A stretch of 64,000 bases of DNA from Mobula hypostoma (taxonomy: Eukaryota), in the NCBI RefSeq assembly GCF_963921235.1, contig NC_086108.1, positions 109,246,001 to 109,310,000 of the forward strand. The letters run 5' to 3'. The notes below the pieces were generated by a model. It saw only the letters and a program-made list of their open reading frames with translations, searched no databases and was not told the origin of the DNA. A program made the translations under genes and the position numbers. Each line of letters begins with the position of its first letter. Position 1 is the first letter of the stretch. Shown here in pieces: positions 49,636 to 62,931 of the stretch.

Positions 49636-50844
49636 TATCTTATTTATTTATCATTTTTGTATTTTTTATTGTGCTTTTTTAAGTTTTGTGGGTTCTTTTG
49701 TTGCTGCATTGGATCCAGAGTAATAATTATTTCGCTCTCCTTCCCACTTGTGTCGTGGGAATGACATAAAAAAAATATTTAAAATAGAATTTTGAATCTT
49801 GAACATCTTCCAAAACTGTTGCACATCTTAAAGCGTTTCACAGCCGGTGGCGTCATTTTGAAGTTCAGTTGCTGTGATAATGAAGCAAAGCACAGCATCC
49901 AAACTGCACACATAGCAAAATCACACGAGCAGTGATACATTCTGCTCAGCGTACTGAGGAGACCTCCTGGCCTTTTCTCGGGAAGATGCCCTCAGGTTCC
50001 TCATGTGCAGTCAACACTACAGGTAGGGACACTAGAGATTCTGCAGATGCTGACTGCGCTGAGCAACACACACACACACACACACATGCAAAATGCTGAA
50101 GAAATTCAGCAGGTCAGGCAACATTTTTCCGCTGTAAGAAACCAGACACTTCATCGGGACTGGGAAGGAATGGGCAGGAAGCCACACTAAGAAGGTTGGC
50201 GGGACGAGGGGAAGAAGTACAAGCTGGCAGGTGAACGGTGAGACTAGCTGAGGGAGAAGGTGGGTGGGTTGAGGGGGGGGAGGATGAAGTAAGGTTGGAG
50301 GAGATAGGTGCAAGAGGTAATAGATGGAAGAAATAAGAGGCCGAAGAAGAAGGAATCTGATAGGAAAGGAGCGTGCCCCATTGGAGAAGGGAAAAAAAAA
50401 GGAGGGGAACCAGAGAGAGGTAACTGGTACGGGAGGAGAAGAGAAGGGTAGTGAGGGGAATGGAAAAAGAGAGAAGGAGGGAGGTGGCTGGGTGGGGAGG
50501 AGAATGAAGTAAGAAACTGGGAGGTGATTGATAGAAGAGGTAAAGGACTAAAGAAAGAATCTGATAGGAAAGAACAGTGAACCATGAGAGAAAAAGAAGG
50601 GGGTAGTGTACATCCTTCCTTTGCAGGTAGGATCCCAGCTCAATGCTCAATACGATCCTTCAGAGACATAAGAATGATTTCAAGGAAGAAATATAAAGCA
50701 CAAGGTGCTGGAGGAACTCAGTCACGCAGCATCTGTGGAAGAAATTGGATAGTCAGTGTTTTTGTTTGAAACCCTTCATCTGGACTGGAGGATAGATCAG
50801 AGACAACACATATAAAGTGGAGATGGCATGGGCTAGAGCAAGAT

Positions 50845-51122
50845 CTGGGAGATGAGGGGTGGATCCAGGTGAGGAATAGTGATAGGCAGATGGAGGAGAG
50901 GAGAGTGGGGATAGTGATAGAGGCTGGGAGGTGATGGGTGGATCCAGGTGAGGAGAGGTGATGGGTAGATGGAGGAGGGGAGAGTGGGGATAGGGACAGA
51001 GGCTGGGAGGAGATGGGTGGATCCAGGTGAGGAGGGTGATGGACAGATGGAGGAGGGGTGAGTGGGGATAGGGACAGAGGCTGGGAGGTGATGGGTGGAT
51101 CCAGGTGAGGATCCAGGTGATG
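50845..51122. repeat. ~79-bp G-rich minisatellite (~3.4 units) in a decayed PLE pLTR
   Basis: ggatcc anchors at 50861, 50940, 51019, 51097. Confidence 0.9.
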
Positions 51123-52689
51123 GATGAATTCGGGGCAGCCCACAAGTGTCATCCAGTGGCTACGATGCTCAACAGAAGAGCATGCATTGGGCATGTGTTT
51201 AATGTAAGAGGAGTAAATTCAAAGGAGATGTGAGAGACAAGTTTTTTACAGAGTGTTTGGTACCTGGTATGCGCTGTCTGGAATGAAGATAGGGGCAGAT
51301 GCATTCGAGACCTTTAGAAGACAGTTAGATAAGCACAGGAAAGTGGGGAAAATGGAAGGATATGGACGTTGTGTAGGCAGAAGGGATTAGTTTAGTTGGC
51401 AATTTGTTACTAATTTAATTGATTTTGCACAAGATTGTGGGTCGAAAGTCTTGTTCCTGTGCTGTACTGTTCTATGGTCTACTGTATGTTCTATGTTCTG
51501 ACACAGAACACCACAAACAACAAAACAACAGCAGAACAAGCCGCATTCCTCTCTCCCACCCACACACATACGCAGTGCTCCGACCCCAGGACAGGCCTCA
51601 AGTGAGGAGCATGGAACCAAGGGAGGGGGACGGGGACAGGGAGGGCAGACGGGAACAATGGGTGGAGGGGATCCTGCAGGAGGAGTGCGTCGATGCTGGG
51701 TTGATGGAGAGAGTGGAGAAATGCAAAGAAGCAGGGTGATAAAGTTCAAGTTTAGTTTTATTATGATTGGACTGTACTTATATACAACCAAACAAAACAA
51801 CGTTCCTCCGGACAACAGTACACCCACAATGCATAGATCACATACTGCACATAAACAAAGTATTATCACAGATACACAAGCTAATAAAATATTGTTCAAA
51901 AAAAACATGTAGTGCACAGCAGAGGTAAGCAGTAAACAGCTCGCTGTCCTCGTGACAAAACTTTGGTGCTGGCAGGGTATTCATTAGACTCACAGACTGA
52001 GGGAAGAAGCTGTTACCTAGTCTGACAGTCCTAGTCCTGATGTTCCTATACCTCCTTCCTGATAGTCATGAGTCAAAGAGATTGTGGAATGGGTGGTAGG
52101 GATCCTCAACAATGCTTCGGGTCCTTCATCTGCAAAGCTGTCAGTAAATGTCGCAAATGGGGGGGAGGGAGACCCTAGTAATCCTTTGGTGGGGGAGGGA
52201 GTGTATGTTGGTGGCATGGAACTGGGCAGATCAGGAGGAGAGAGAAAAATGACAGAGGTGGGGCAGTCAACCTGAAATTGGAGAATTTAATGACTACGTC
52301 GTTGGATTGTTGACTATGCAGCGGAATACAAGCTGCTGCCCTGCTTGCTGGCACCCCAGCAATGGAGGAGGCCAAGGACAGACAGATCAGTGAGGAAATT
52401 GGGAAGGGAATTATATTTCTGACAATTAAGGCACACAGCCAACCTTCAAATTCCAGCATCTGTGTCTTGTGTCTCCAAGAGATTTAATATGCCAGCATGT
52501 ACTAGTTGTTAGGAGTCCCCAGCGAATGTCACCACCGTGCGCACTGCGGCAGAGCCTGGGCATTCTCGCAGGCAGGCAGCTGGAAGACGTCGGCAATCAT
52601 GCACGTGAGAATGCATGGACTTGTTGTGCCGAATGGCCTAATTCTGCTCCTATCTGGTCTTATGGGCCCAAGTTTCAATGTACATGCGA

Positions 52690-52955
52690 CAGATATGGTA
52701 GCGTAGTGTAGTGGCTAGCACAATGCTTTACAGTATCATCAATTCCAGCCACTGCTTCTTCGGAGTTTGTACACTGCCATGTGTTTCCTCAAGTGCTCCA
52801 GTTTCCTCCCACAGTCTAAAGATGTACCCGTTGGTAGGGTAATGGGTCATTGTAAACCAGCCTGTGATTAGGCTAGGGTTAATTTGGGGGACTGCTGGGT
52901 GGTGCAGTTTGAAGGGCTGGAAGAGACTGTTCAGCTTATTCTGCATTGTATCTCA
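52690..52955 (+). mobile_element. V-domain SINE
   Basis: tRNA-like head; gtgctccagtttcctcccacagtc. Confidence 0.75.
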
Positions 52956-54695
52956 ATGGATATATATAGAGAGAGATGGAGAGGCTGTCTGAGATACCAA
53001 AGTGCTGGGTTATGGACTCTGGATCAATGTGTCTTTGGAAGGCTCCTGCTGTTACTTGCATGGTGGGGTGAGTAGGGGGGGTCATGAGCTTCTGCTGGGG
53101 GAAGGTGGGGGAGGTTCAATGTTTTTGCTGCTGCTTGTGTGAAGGGGGTAGGGGGCTTCAGGGCTTCTATGTTTCTACCATTCACTCTATGGAATTCCTT
53201 GTTTCATAGATGTCTGTGAAGAGTACAAATTTCAGGTTGTATACTGTATACGTTCTCTGATGTTAAATGAACCTTTGAAATAAATAAATAAAGCTAATTT
53301 TGTATGAACCTGAGTCACCTAACCTTGTGTGCTCTTCCCACTGCCCCTCCTATCACAGTGGTAGGTCCGTCTAAGTTCTTATCCTCGAGTGGGAACTGAA
53401 AGAGTTATCACTGGTGGGCCATGCACAGTAAATGAATACGGGAAAGTAGAACGTGGATGGCGAAAGTTGAAATTGTTCTTCGCAACAAAATGATCCTCCT
53501 ACCAATCATCTGCTAAGCAGCTTACATTTGCTAATCTCAGCATCGTGCATTCATTAGACGGAAAGAACCTGGGGACCGTTTCTTAGCTGTGTCTTATTCT
53601 TCCAGATAGAAGGTTCTTAATTAATTTAAATCCATCCCCAACAGCAAAGTCTGTTTCAAAATATTGTATGTAAATTACATTGAGCGGTTCCTGTTTCTGA
53701 GGCGTTGAAGCAAATCCCATCCCACACAATCCCCACGCCCTCATTACATTCCCCCCTCACGAGCTGTTTTTCTGAGACACCGGATCACACATGTAAGAGA
53801 ATTCAACCATTCCCACACTCAGGTTGGAGGAGCAACACCTCATATTCTGTTTGGGTAGCCTCCAACCTGGTGGTATGAACACCGATTTCTCTGGCTTCTG
53901 GTAATTTCTCCCCCTCCTCCTTCTACCTTTCTACATTACCCATTCTGGCTTCCATCTTATCCCCTCTCCTCACCTGGCCATCACCTACCCTGGTGCCATT
54001 CCTCTTTCCCTTTCTCCCATAGTCCACTCTCCTGTCCTATCAGATTCCTTCTTCTTCAGCCCTTTCTCTTTTCCACCTATCACCTCCCAGCTTCTTACTT
54101 CATTCTACCTTTCCCCCTCCCCTGGCCCCACCTATAAATAACCAGCTTTCCCTCCATGTTCAACCTGACTGACAGACAGCCACTGTATCAACCTACACTG
54201 AAAAGACTAGTTTATTTCACTGGTTAGTCTCCACAGCAAGGTCACTTTTTATGTGACTCCCCCATCAGCTGTGCCATGCCCTCTTCTCACAACTACCATT
54301 GGGCAGAAAGTACGGGATCCTCAGGTCCCTCACCAGCAGGTTCAGGAACAGTCATTACCCAACAACCATCAGGCTCCTGAACCAGTGTGGATAACTTCAC
54401 TCACTACTGGGCCATATCCATTATTTTTTGTAGGAATTTTCTGTTCAAGGCATTGTTTTTCATGGTTTCTTGGTATGTGACAAAAATAAACCAGTTCCAG
54501 TTCCAGTTCCATCTGCCTATCATCCTTCCTCTCCTGGATCTGCCTATCACCTGCCAGCTTTTCCTCCACACCCTCCCATTCACCTCATTATACAGGCTCA
54601 CTCACCTCAATCTTTCAGTCCAGATGAAGCGTCTCAACCCACAACGTTTCCTTCCACAGATACAAGAGGTTCTGCAGATGCTAGAAAACCAGATC

Positions 54696-54728
<33 letters not shown>

Positions 54729-55679
54729 CAATGCTGGAGGAACTCAGCAAGTCAGGCAGCATCTATGGAAATGTTTAGGGTTGAGACCCTTCATCAGGAC
54801 TGGAGAGGAAGGGGGAGGATGCCAAGGTAGGAAGGTGGGCTGGAGGGGGAGGAGGACAAGCAAGAATGTGATAGGTGAGTAGGGAAAAAGGGATGAAGTA
54901 AAAAGCTGGGAAGTGACAGGCGGCCGAGGTAAAGGCCTGGAGAAGAAGGAACCCGATAGGAGAGGCGAACAGACCATGGGAGAGAGGAAAGGTGGAGGGG
55001 CACCAGGTGGAGGTGACGGACAGGTGAGGAGAAAAGGGGAGGTAAGAGGGAGGCCAGAGTGGGACATTGAAGACAAGGGAAGGAGGTAGGGGGAAATTTT
55101 ACTGGAAGTTGGAGAAATCGATGTCCATGCCATCAAGTTGGGGCACCCAGACAGAATATGATGTGTTGCTCCTCCAGACTGAGATTGGCCTCATCATAGC
55201 AGCAGAGGAAGTCATGTCAGAATAGGAAAGGGCTGTTACCATAAAAGCCCCCTAACCTGCTTTCCTCCAGGATCTTGTGTACCCAAATCTGTTTCGTTGT
55301 CACTACAGAATATTGGGGCATCCTTAGATCATGAAAGTTACTACAAACTGGTAGTTTTCTTCTCTTGCCTGAATATTACCATGGGTTACTGACATGAAAA
55401 GGAAGCAAGGAAAAATGCCCAGAATGTCACCATCTCTGACAAAGCCTCATATCCTGAGCTGTACATGGGAGATGATGTAACATATCCTCAAGTTAAGGGA
55501 TTGCTCTGGAAACTGTAATCGCCTCTCTCAAAGAACAGAGGAGGCATGAGACACGAATCAGAATCAGATTTAATATCACTGCAGTATGTCATGAAATTTG
55601 TTGTTTTACAGCAGCAGTACATTGAAATACAAACTATAAATTATCATACAAAATATGTGTAGAGTAAAAATTAAGTAGA

Positions 55680-58600
55680 AACATAGAAACATAGACACAG
55701 AAAACCTACAGCACAATACAGGCCCTTCAGCCCACAAAACATGCCCTTACCTGAGAAATTACCTAGGGTTACCCATGCCCTCTATTTTTCTGAGCTCCAT
55801 ATACCTGTTCAGGAGTCTCTTAAGAGACCCTATCGTATCTGCCTCCACTACCGTCGTCGGCAGCCCAATCCACACACTCACCACTTTCTGCGTTTTTAAA
55901 AAAAACTTGACCCTGACATCTCCTCTGTACCTACTTCCAAGCACCTTAAAACTGTGCCCTCTCGTGCTAGCCATTTCAGCCCGGGGAAAAAGCCTCTGAC
56001 TATCAGAAATAGGAAGGGATCAATCGCTGTGCTGGGAGTAGTCTATAGGCCCCCAAATAGCCTTCGGGACACCGAGGAGCAGATAAGCAGGCAGATTTTA
56101 GAATGGTGCAGGAAATACAGGGTTGTAGTTATGGGTGATTTCAATTTCCCTCATATTGACTGGCACCTCCTGACTGCAAGGGGGATAGATGGGGCTGAAT
56201 TTGTCAGGTGTGTTCAAGAAGGAGTCCTGACACAGTATGTGGACCGGCCGATGAGAGGAGAGGCCATACTGGATCTAGTTCTGGGTAATGAACCTGGTCA
56301 GGTGGCAGACTTCTTGGTGGGGGGGCATTTTGGCAAGAGTGACCACAACTCCCTTAGCTTCAGCATAGCTATGGAAAAGGATAAAAACAGACAAAATGGG
56401 AAAGTGCCTAACTGGGGAAGGGCTAACTATGAAGGGATGAGGCAGGAACTAGCGAGAGTAAATTGGAAACAGATGTTCAGGGGTGAAAGCACAGAAGTAA
56501 TGTGGAGGAAGTTTAAAGACCACTTGTGCTGGGTTCAGGATAGGTTTGTCCCACTGAGACAATGAAAAAAATGGTAGGAAAAGGGAACCGTGGCTGACGA
56601 AACATGTGAGGCAATTCGTCAAGAGGAAGAAGGAAGCATATGTTAGATATAGGAAGCAGGAGGGACTCGTGAGAAATATAGGGTAGCCAGGAAGGAGCTT
56701 AAGAAAGGACTTAGGAGAGCTCAAAAGAGGCATGAGAAGGCCTTGGCATGTAGGATTAAGGAGAACCCCAAGGTGTTCAATGCACATATGAAGAACAGAA
56801 GGATGACAAGAATGAAGGTAGGGCCACTAAAAGATAAAGAAGGCAACATGTACCTGGAGGCAGAGGAGGTTGGGGAGGTCCTAAATTATTACTTTGCTTC
56901 AGTATTCACAAGTGAAAAGGAACTTGATCAGGGTGAAGTTCAAAATAGAACAGGCCTGTGTGCTGGACAATGTGGAGATTAAGGAAGAAGAAGTGTTGGA
57001 TCTTCTTAAAAACATCAAGATTGATAAGTCCCCAGGGCCGGACCTGATATACCCCAGGTTGCTGTGGGAAGTGAGAGAAGAGATTGCTGGAGCAGTAGCT
57101 ATGATCTTTGAATCCTCTTTGGCTGCAGGGGAGGTGCCGGAGGACTGGAGAATGGCAAATGTAGTTCCCTTGTTTAAAAAAGGTAATAGAGATAATCCTG
57201 GGAACTATAGACTGCTGATTCTTACGCAGGTGGCCTGCAAACTATTGGAAAGGATTCTTAAGAATAGGATCTACGAGCACTTGGAGAAGTACAGTTTACT
57301 CAAGGATAGTCAACATGGCTTTGTGAAGGGAAGGTCGTGCCTCACGAGCCTAATTGAGTTTTTTGAGGAGGTAACAAAAGAAATTGATGAGGGTAGGACA
57401 GTAGATGTGGTCTACATGGATTTTAGCAAGGCATTTGACAAGGTCCCCCATGAGAGACTCATCAGGGAGGGATCAGTGGAACCTTGGCTGTTTGGATAAA
57501 AAATTGGCTTAAAGTAAGAAAACAGAGGGTAGCAGTGGAAAGAAAGTATTCTGCCTGGAGGTCAGTGACTAGTGGAGTGTCACAACGATCTGTCGTGGGA
57601 CCCCTGCTCTTTGTGATTTTTATAAATGACCTGGATGAAGAGACGGAAGGATGGGTGAGTAAGTTTGCGGACAACAAAGATTGGAGGAGTTGTGGATGGA
57701 GTTGTAGATTGTCGAAGGTTACAAGAGGATATAGACAGGATGCAGAATTGGGCAGAAAAGTGGCAGATGGAATTCAATCTGGGTAAGTGTGAGGTGATGC
57801 ATTTTGGAAGGACAAACCAGAAGGCTGAGTACAGGGTTAATGGTCGGTTACTTAACAGTGTGGATGAACAGAGGGACCTTGGGGTTCAAATCCATACATC
57901 CCTGCACAGGTTGACAGGGTAGTTAAGAAGGCCTATGGGATGCTAGGCTTCATTAATAGGGGGATTGAGTTCAAGAGTAGAGAGGTCATATTGCAACTCT
58001 ACAAATCTCTGGTGAGACCACACTTAGAGCGTAGTGTTCAATTCTGGTCACTTCATTATAGGAAGGATGTGGAAGCTATGGAGAGAGTGCAGAGGAGATT
58101 TACCAGGATGTTGCCTGGATTGGAAAACAAGTCTTATGAGGCAAGGTTAGCAGAGCTGGGACTTTTCTCTTTGGAGCGTAGAAGAATGAGAGGGGACTTG
58201 ATAGAGATCTACAAGATTATGAGAGGCATAGATAGGGTGGATAGCCAGTACCTGTTTCCCAGGGCACAAATAGCAAACACCAGAGAGCATATGTACAAAG
58301 TTAAGGGAAGGGAGTTTAGGGAAGGCGTCAGGGGTATGTTTTTACCACAGAGGGTTGTGGGTGCCTGGAATGACTTGCCAGGGATGGTGGTGGAGGTTAA
58401 AACATTAGGGGTATTTAAGAGCCTCTTGGACAGGCACATGGATGAAAGAAAAATAGAGGGTTACGGGGTAGTGTGGGTTTAGTACGTTTTTTAAGGAATA
58501 TATGGGTCGGCAAAACACCGAGGGCCAAAGGGCCTGTACTGTTCTGTAGTATTCAAGTGTCTAGTGTCCACACGATCAATGCCTCTCATCATCTTATACA

Positions 58601-59460
58601 CCTCTATCATGTTTCCTCTCATCCTCCGTTGCTCCAAGGAAAAAAGGCCGAGTTCACTCAACCTATTCTCATAAGGCATGCTCCCCAATCCAAGCAACAT
58701 CCTTGTAAATCTCCTCTGCAACCTTTCTATGGTTTCCACAACCTTCCTATAGTGAGGAGACCAGAAATGAACCCAATACTCCAAGTGGGGTCTGAACAGG
58801 GTCCTATATATCTGCAACGTTACCTCTTGGCTCCTAAACTCAATCTAATGATTGATGAAGGCCAATACACCGAATGCTTTCTTAACAACAGAGTCAACCT
58901 GCGCAGCAGCCTTGAGTGTCCTATGGACTCGGACCCCAAGATCCCTCTGATCCTCCACACTGCCAAGAGTCTTACCATTAATACTATATTCTGCCATCAT
59001 ACTTGACCTACCAAAATGAACCACTTCACACTTATCTGGGTTGAACTCCATCTGCCACTTCTCAGCCCAGTTTTGCATCCTATCAATGTCTCACTGTAAC
59101 CTCTGATAGCCCTCCACACTATCCACAACACCTCCAACTTTTGTGTCATCAACAAATTTACTAACCCATCCCTCCACTTCCTCATCCAGGTCATTTATAA
59201 AAATTACGAAAAGTAGGGGTCCCAGAACAGATCCCTGAGGCACACCATGGTGACCAACCTCCATGCAGAATATGACCCGTCTACAACCACTTTTTGCCTT
59301 CTGTGGGCAAGCCAGTTCTGGATCCACAAAGCAATTTCCCCTTGGATCCCATGCCTCCTTACTTTATAAGCCTACCATCATCAATGTGTTTAGTCACTTC
59401 CTCAAAACCTTCAATCAGGCTTGTAATGCATGACCTGTCTTTCACAAAGCCATGCCGATT
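55680..59460 (-). mobile_element. CR1 LINE (minus strand) split by a plus-strand CR1
   Basis: ctctgactatc (56004) continues as cacacgatcaatgcc (~58569); [34 protein letters not shown]. Confidence 0.85.
56005..58568 (+). mobile_element. CR1 LINE, longest copy: APE endonuclease half plus RT plus 3' end (frameshifted)
   Basis: GVVYRPP, VMGDFNFP.IDW, ILDLVL, SDHN (APE); YMDFSKAFDKVPH, FAD (RT); C-terminus ORF 57940-58482. Confidence 0.93.
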
Positions 59461-59914
59461 ATTCAGTGCAAAAGTAGTGAACTAGTGTTCATGGGTTTAT
59501 TGTTCATTCAGAAATCTGTTAGCAGAGGGGAAGAAGCTGTTTTAAAGCATTGAGTGTGCGTCTTCAAGCTCCTAAACCCCCTCTGATGGTAGCAATGAGA
59601 AGAGGGCATGTCCTGGGTGATGTGGGTCTTTAATGATGGATGCTGCTTTTTTGGGGCATCATTGCTGGGGAGGCCAGAGCCCATGGTGGAGCTGGCTGAG
59701 TTTGTAACTTCCTGTAGCTTTTTCCGATCCTGTGCAGCGGCCCCTCCGTACCAAACCATGATGCAACCAGCGAGAATGCTGTCCACCGTACTTCTGTAGA
59801 AACATGCGAGAGTCTTTGGTGACATGTCTCCTCAAACTCCTAATGAAATACAGCTGCTGCCATGCCTTCATCGGAATTCCGACAATATCTTGGTCCAAGG
59901 ACACACCTTCAGGG

Positions 59915-60480
59915 ACAGTACAGCAGAGGAACAGGCTATTCAGCCCACACTATTGTGCTGAAATGGCTAAAGCAAATCAAAAACACCCAAACACTAATCC
60001 CTCCTACCGACACCATGTACCTATCCCTCCATCTTCCTTCCTGTGTCTATCCAAACGTCTCTTAAAGCCTCCAGTGTATTTGCCTCTACCACCACACCAG
60101 GCAGCGTATTCCAGGCATCCATAACTCTCTGAGTTAAAAGAAAACTTACCCCTCACATCCCCTTTGAACCTCATCCCTCTCACCTTCAATGCATGCCCTC
60201 TGGTATTAGACATTTCAACCCTGGGAAACAGATACTCTCTGTCCACTCTTTCTATGCCTCTCATAATCTTGAAAACCTCAGTCAGATCTCCCATCAGCCT
60301 CCAGTGCTCCAGAGAAAACAAAGTTTATCTAGCCTCCTGTGAAAGCACATTCCCTCTGAACCAGGCAGCACCCTGGTATACCTGTTCTGCACCCTCTCCA
60401 AAGCCTCAACGTCCTTCCTATAATGGGACAACCAGAACTGTATCCAGTACTTTAGATGAGGCCTAACCAGAGTTTTGTAT
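59915..60480 (-). mobile_element. CR1 3' end
   Basis: FSLEHWRLMGDLTEVFKIMRG, TRGHALKV. Confidence 0.85.
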
Positions 60481-61229
60481 ACACAGGTTGACCTTGAGGA
60501 ACGCTAATGCACGATAGTGTCCACATTGTACCTAATATCTTCCTCTTTCTTAAAATAGCAAAGAAGGTAATCTAATTTGCCACTTGTTCCAATTTAACTT
60601 TTCATAGTGTGTAGTTAGTACAATCTGTGTCACTACTCACAGATAACAACGTGTCACACTGTCCCTCTTTGTATTCTGAGCTAAACTACACTGGAAGCAC
60701 AACTATTCCACTTTAAATCATGGGAATAAAAATCTTACCTTGTTTGCGCTTTCTTCTCAGGAGTGCCCACAGGCACTGCACAGGAGGGAATGAATTGACT
60801 TTTTTTTCTTTCTCACAGCACAAGTGACAAATTACTTGGAGAATAATGGAGATTTAGGAGTGATTGCGAAAAAGAAATCTAATCATGTTCAGACGGTATC
60901 AGCAACAACGAGCCAAAGAATAAACAATTTAGAACCATTCATTTCAGCCACCGAGATTGAACTGCCGCCCAGGAAACGGTCTCCGATATCAGAAATTACA
61001 TATCATATGCACTGTTTTAATTTTGTTTCCAGCATCTTTCTGCTTTTATTTCTCCTTGGTGTTGGCTCAGGTTCATGCTGTGTACATCGTCAGTAAAGTT
61101 GTCAGGTCTTTGTGCACTTGCGTCTTTGGCAAATAATACGGTGGATGATACTGCTGGAAAATTTATCAGTAAACGGGCTGTTTGTATTTGCAGAATCTTA
61201 TCACAGTTACCCCTTCTTCTAAAACAGAA

Positions 61230-61502
61230 TGGTACGTTAGTGTAGTGGTTAGCGCAACGCTTTACCGTACAGGCAACCTGGTTCAGTTCCTGCCACTGTC
61301 TGTGAGGATTTTGTACATTCTTCCCGTGACCGCGTGGGTTTCCCCCAGGTTCTCCTGTTTCTGCCCACAGTCCAAAGGCGTACTGGTTGGTAGGTTAACC
61401 GGTTGTCCTGTGATTAGGCTAAGATTAAATCAGCGGATTGCAGGGCCGTGTGGTTCGAAGGGCCTATTCCGCACTGTATCTCAACAAATAAATAAATAAA
61501 TA
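61230..61502 (+). mobile_element. V-domain SINE with (AAAT)n tail
   Basis: gtagtggttagcgcaacgc head, ttcttcccgtgaccgcgtgggtttcccc V-domain. Confidence 0.8.
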
Positions 61503-61834
61503 GAAAGCAAGGGTAAGAGGTCAGCATATCACAGAACGAGCGGCTCTGACTACACTTCTCGCTGTCATAATAAAGCCATTTAAGAAACTCTTGAATAGGT
61601 ACATGGATGATTAAAGCTTGGAGGATTATATAGAGGGGAGATGTACATTGCTTTTAGTGGGTTAAAAGGTTGGCACAGCATCGTTGGCCAAAGGGTCTGT
61701 ATGATGCTGCTTTCTATTTAACATAAGACAATAGACAATTGGCACTGGACAACAAATGTTTTTGAAAGCTTTTCTTCCCCAGAATTTTTTGTTTATGATA
61801 AACCACTTGATGCTCAACACAAATATAATTTCGC

Positions 61835-62876
61835 AAACACGAGGAAATCTGCAGATGCTGGAAATTCAAGCAACACACACAAAATGCTGGTGGAACGCAG
61901 CAGGCCAGGCAGCATCTCTAGGAAGAGGTACAGTCGACGTTTCGGGCCGAGACCCTTCGTCAGGACTAAATGAAGGAAGAGATAGTAAGAGATTTGAAAG
62001 TGGGAGGGGGAGGGGGAGATCCGAAATGATAGGAGAAGACAGGAGGGGGAGGGATGGACCTAAGAGCTGGACAGGTGATTGGTAAAAGGGATACAAGGCT
62101 GGAGAAGGGAGAGGATCATGGGATGGGAGGCCTAGAGCGAAAGAAAGGGGAAGGTGAGAACCAGAGGAAGATGGAGAGCAGGCAAGGAGTTATTGTGAGA
62201 GAAAAAAGAGAGAGAAAAAAAGAATGAATGAATAAATAAATAAGGGATGGGGTAAAAAGGGGAGGAGAGGCATTAACAGAAGTTAGAGAAATCAATGTTC
62301 ATGCTATCAGGTTGGAGGCTACCCAGACGGAATATAAGGTGTTGTTCCTCCAACCTGAGTGTGGCTTCATCTTGACTGTAAAGGGGCCATGGATGGACAT
62401 AACAGAATGGGAATGGGATGTGGAATTAAAATGTGTGGCCACTGGGAGATCCTGCTTTCTCTGGCGGACAGAGTGTAGGTGTTCAGCAAAGCGGTCTCCC
62501 AGTCTGCATCGGGTTCGCCAATATATAAAAGGCCACATCGGGAGCACCGGACGCAGTACATCACCCCAGTCGACTCACAGGTGAAGTGTCGCCTCACCTG
62601 GAAGGACTGTCTGGGGCCCTGAATGGTGGTAAGGGAGGAAGTGTAAGGGCACGTGTAGCACTTGTTCTGCTTACAAGGATAAGTGCTGGGAGGGAGATCG
62701 GTGGGAAGGGATGGGGGGGACGAATGGACAAGGGAGTCGCGTTGGGAGCGATCCCTGCGGAAAGCAGAAAGAGTGGGGGAGGGAAAGATATGCTTGGTGG
62801 TGGGATCCAGTTAGAGATGGCGGAAGTTATGGAGAATTATATGTTGGATCCGGATGCTGGTGGGGTGGTAGGTGAC
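61835..62876 (-). mobile_element. Penelope-like element, 5'-truncated (GIY-YIG plus pLTR)
   Basis: GVMYCVRCSRCGLLYIGE, RLGDRFAEH; close relative of 12682-13650. Confidence 0.92.
61932..61967 (-). ncRNA. Minimal hammerhead ribozyme (intact core)
   Basis: Minus strand agtcCTGACGAagggtctcggcccGAAAcGTCgact. Confidence 0.82.
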
Positions 62877-62931
62877 AACTTTCTGGGAACATAATTTCAG
62901 ACTGTTTGTATCTTGTAGGAATTTGGAGAAA

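Noticed and set aside
56005..58568. Intact, active CR1 ORF2
   Set aside because: 5'-truncated, with several frameshifts, a stop near 56565 and internal deletions.
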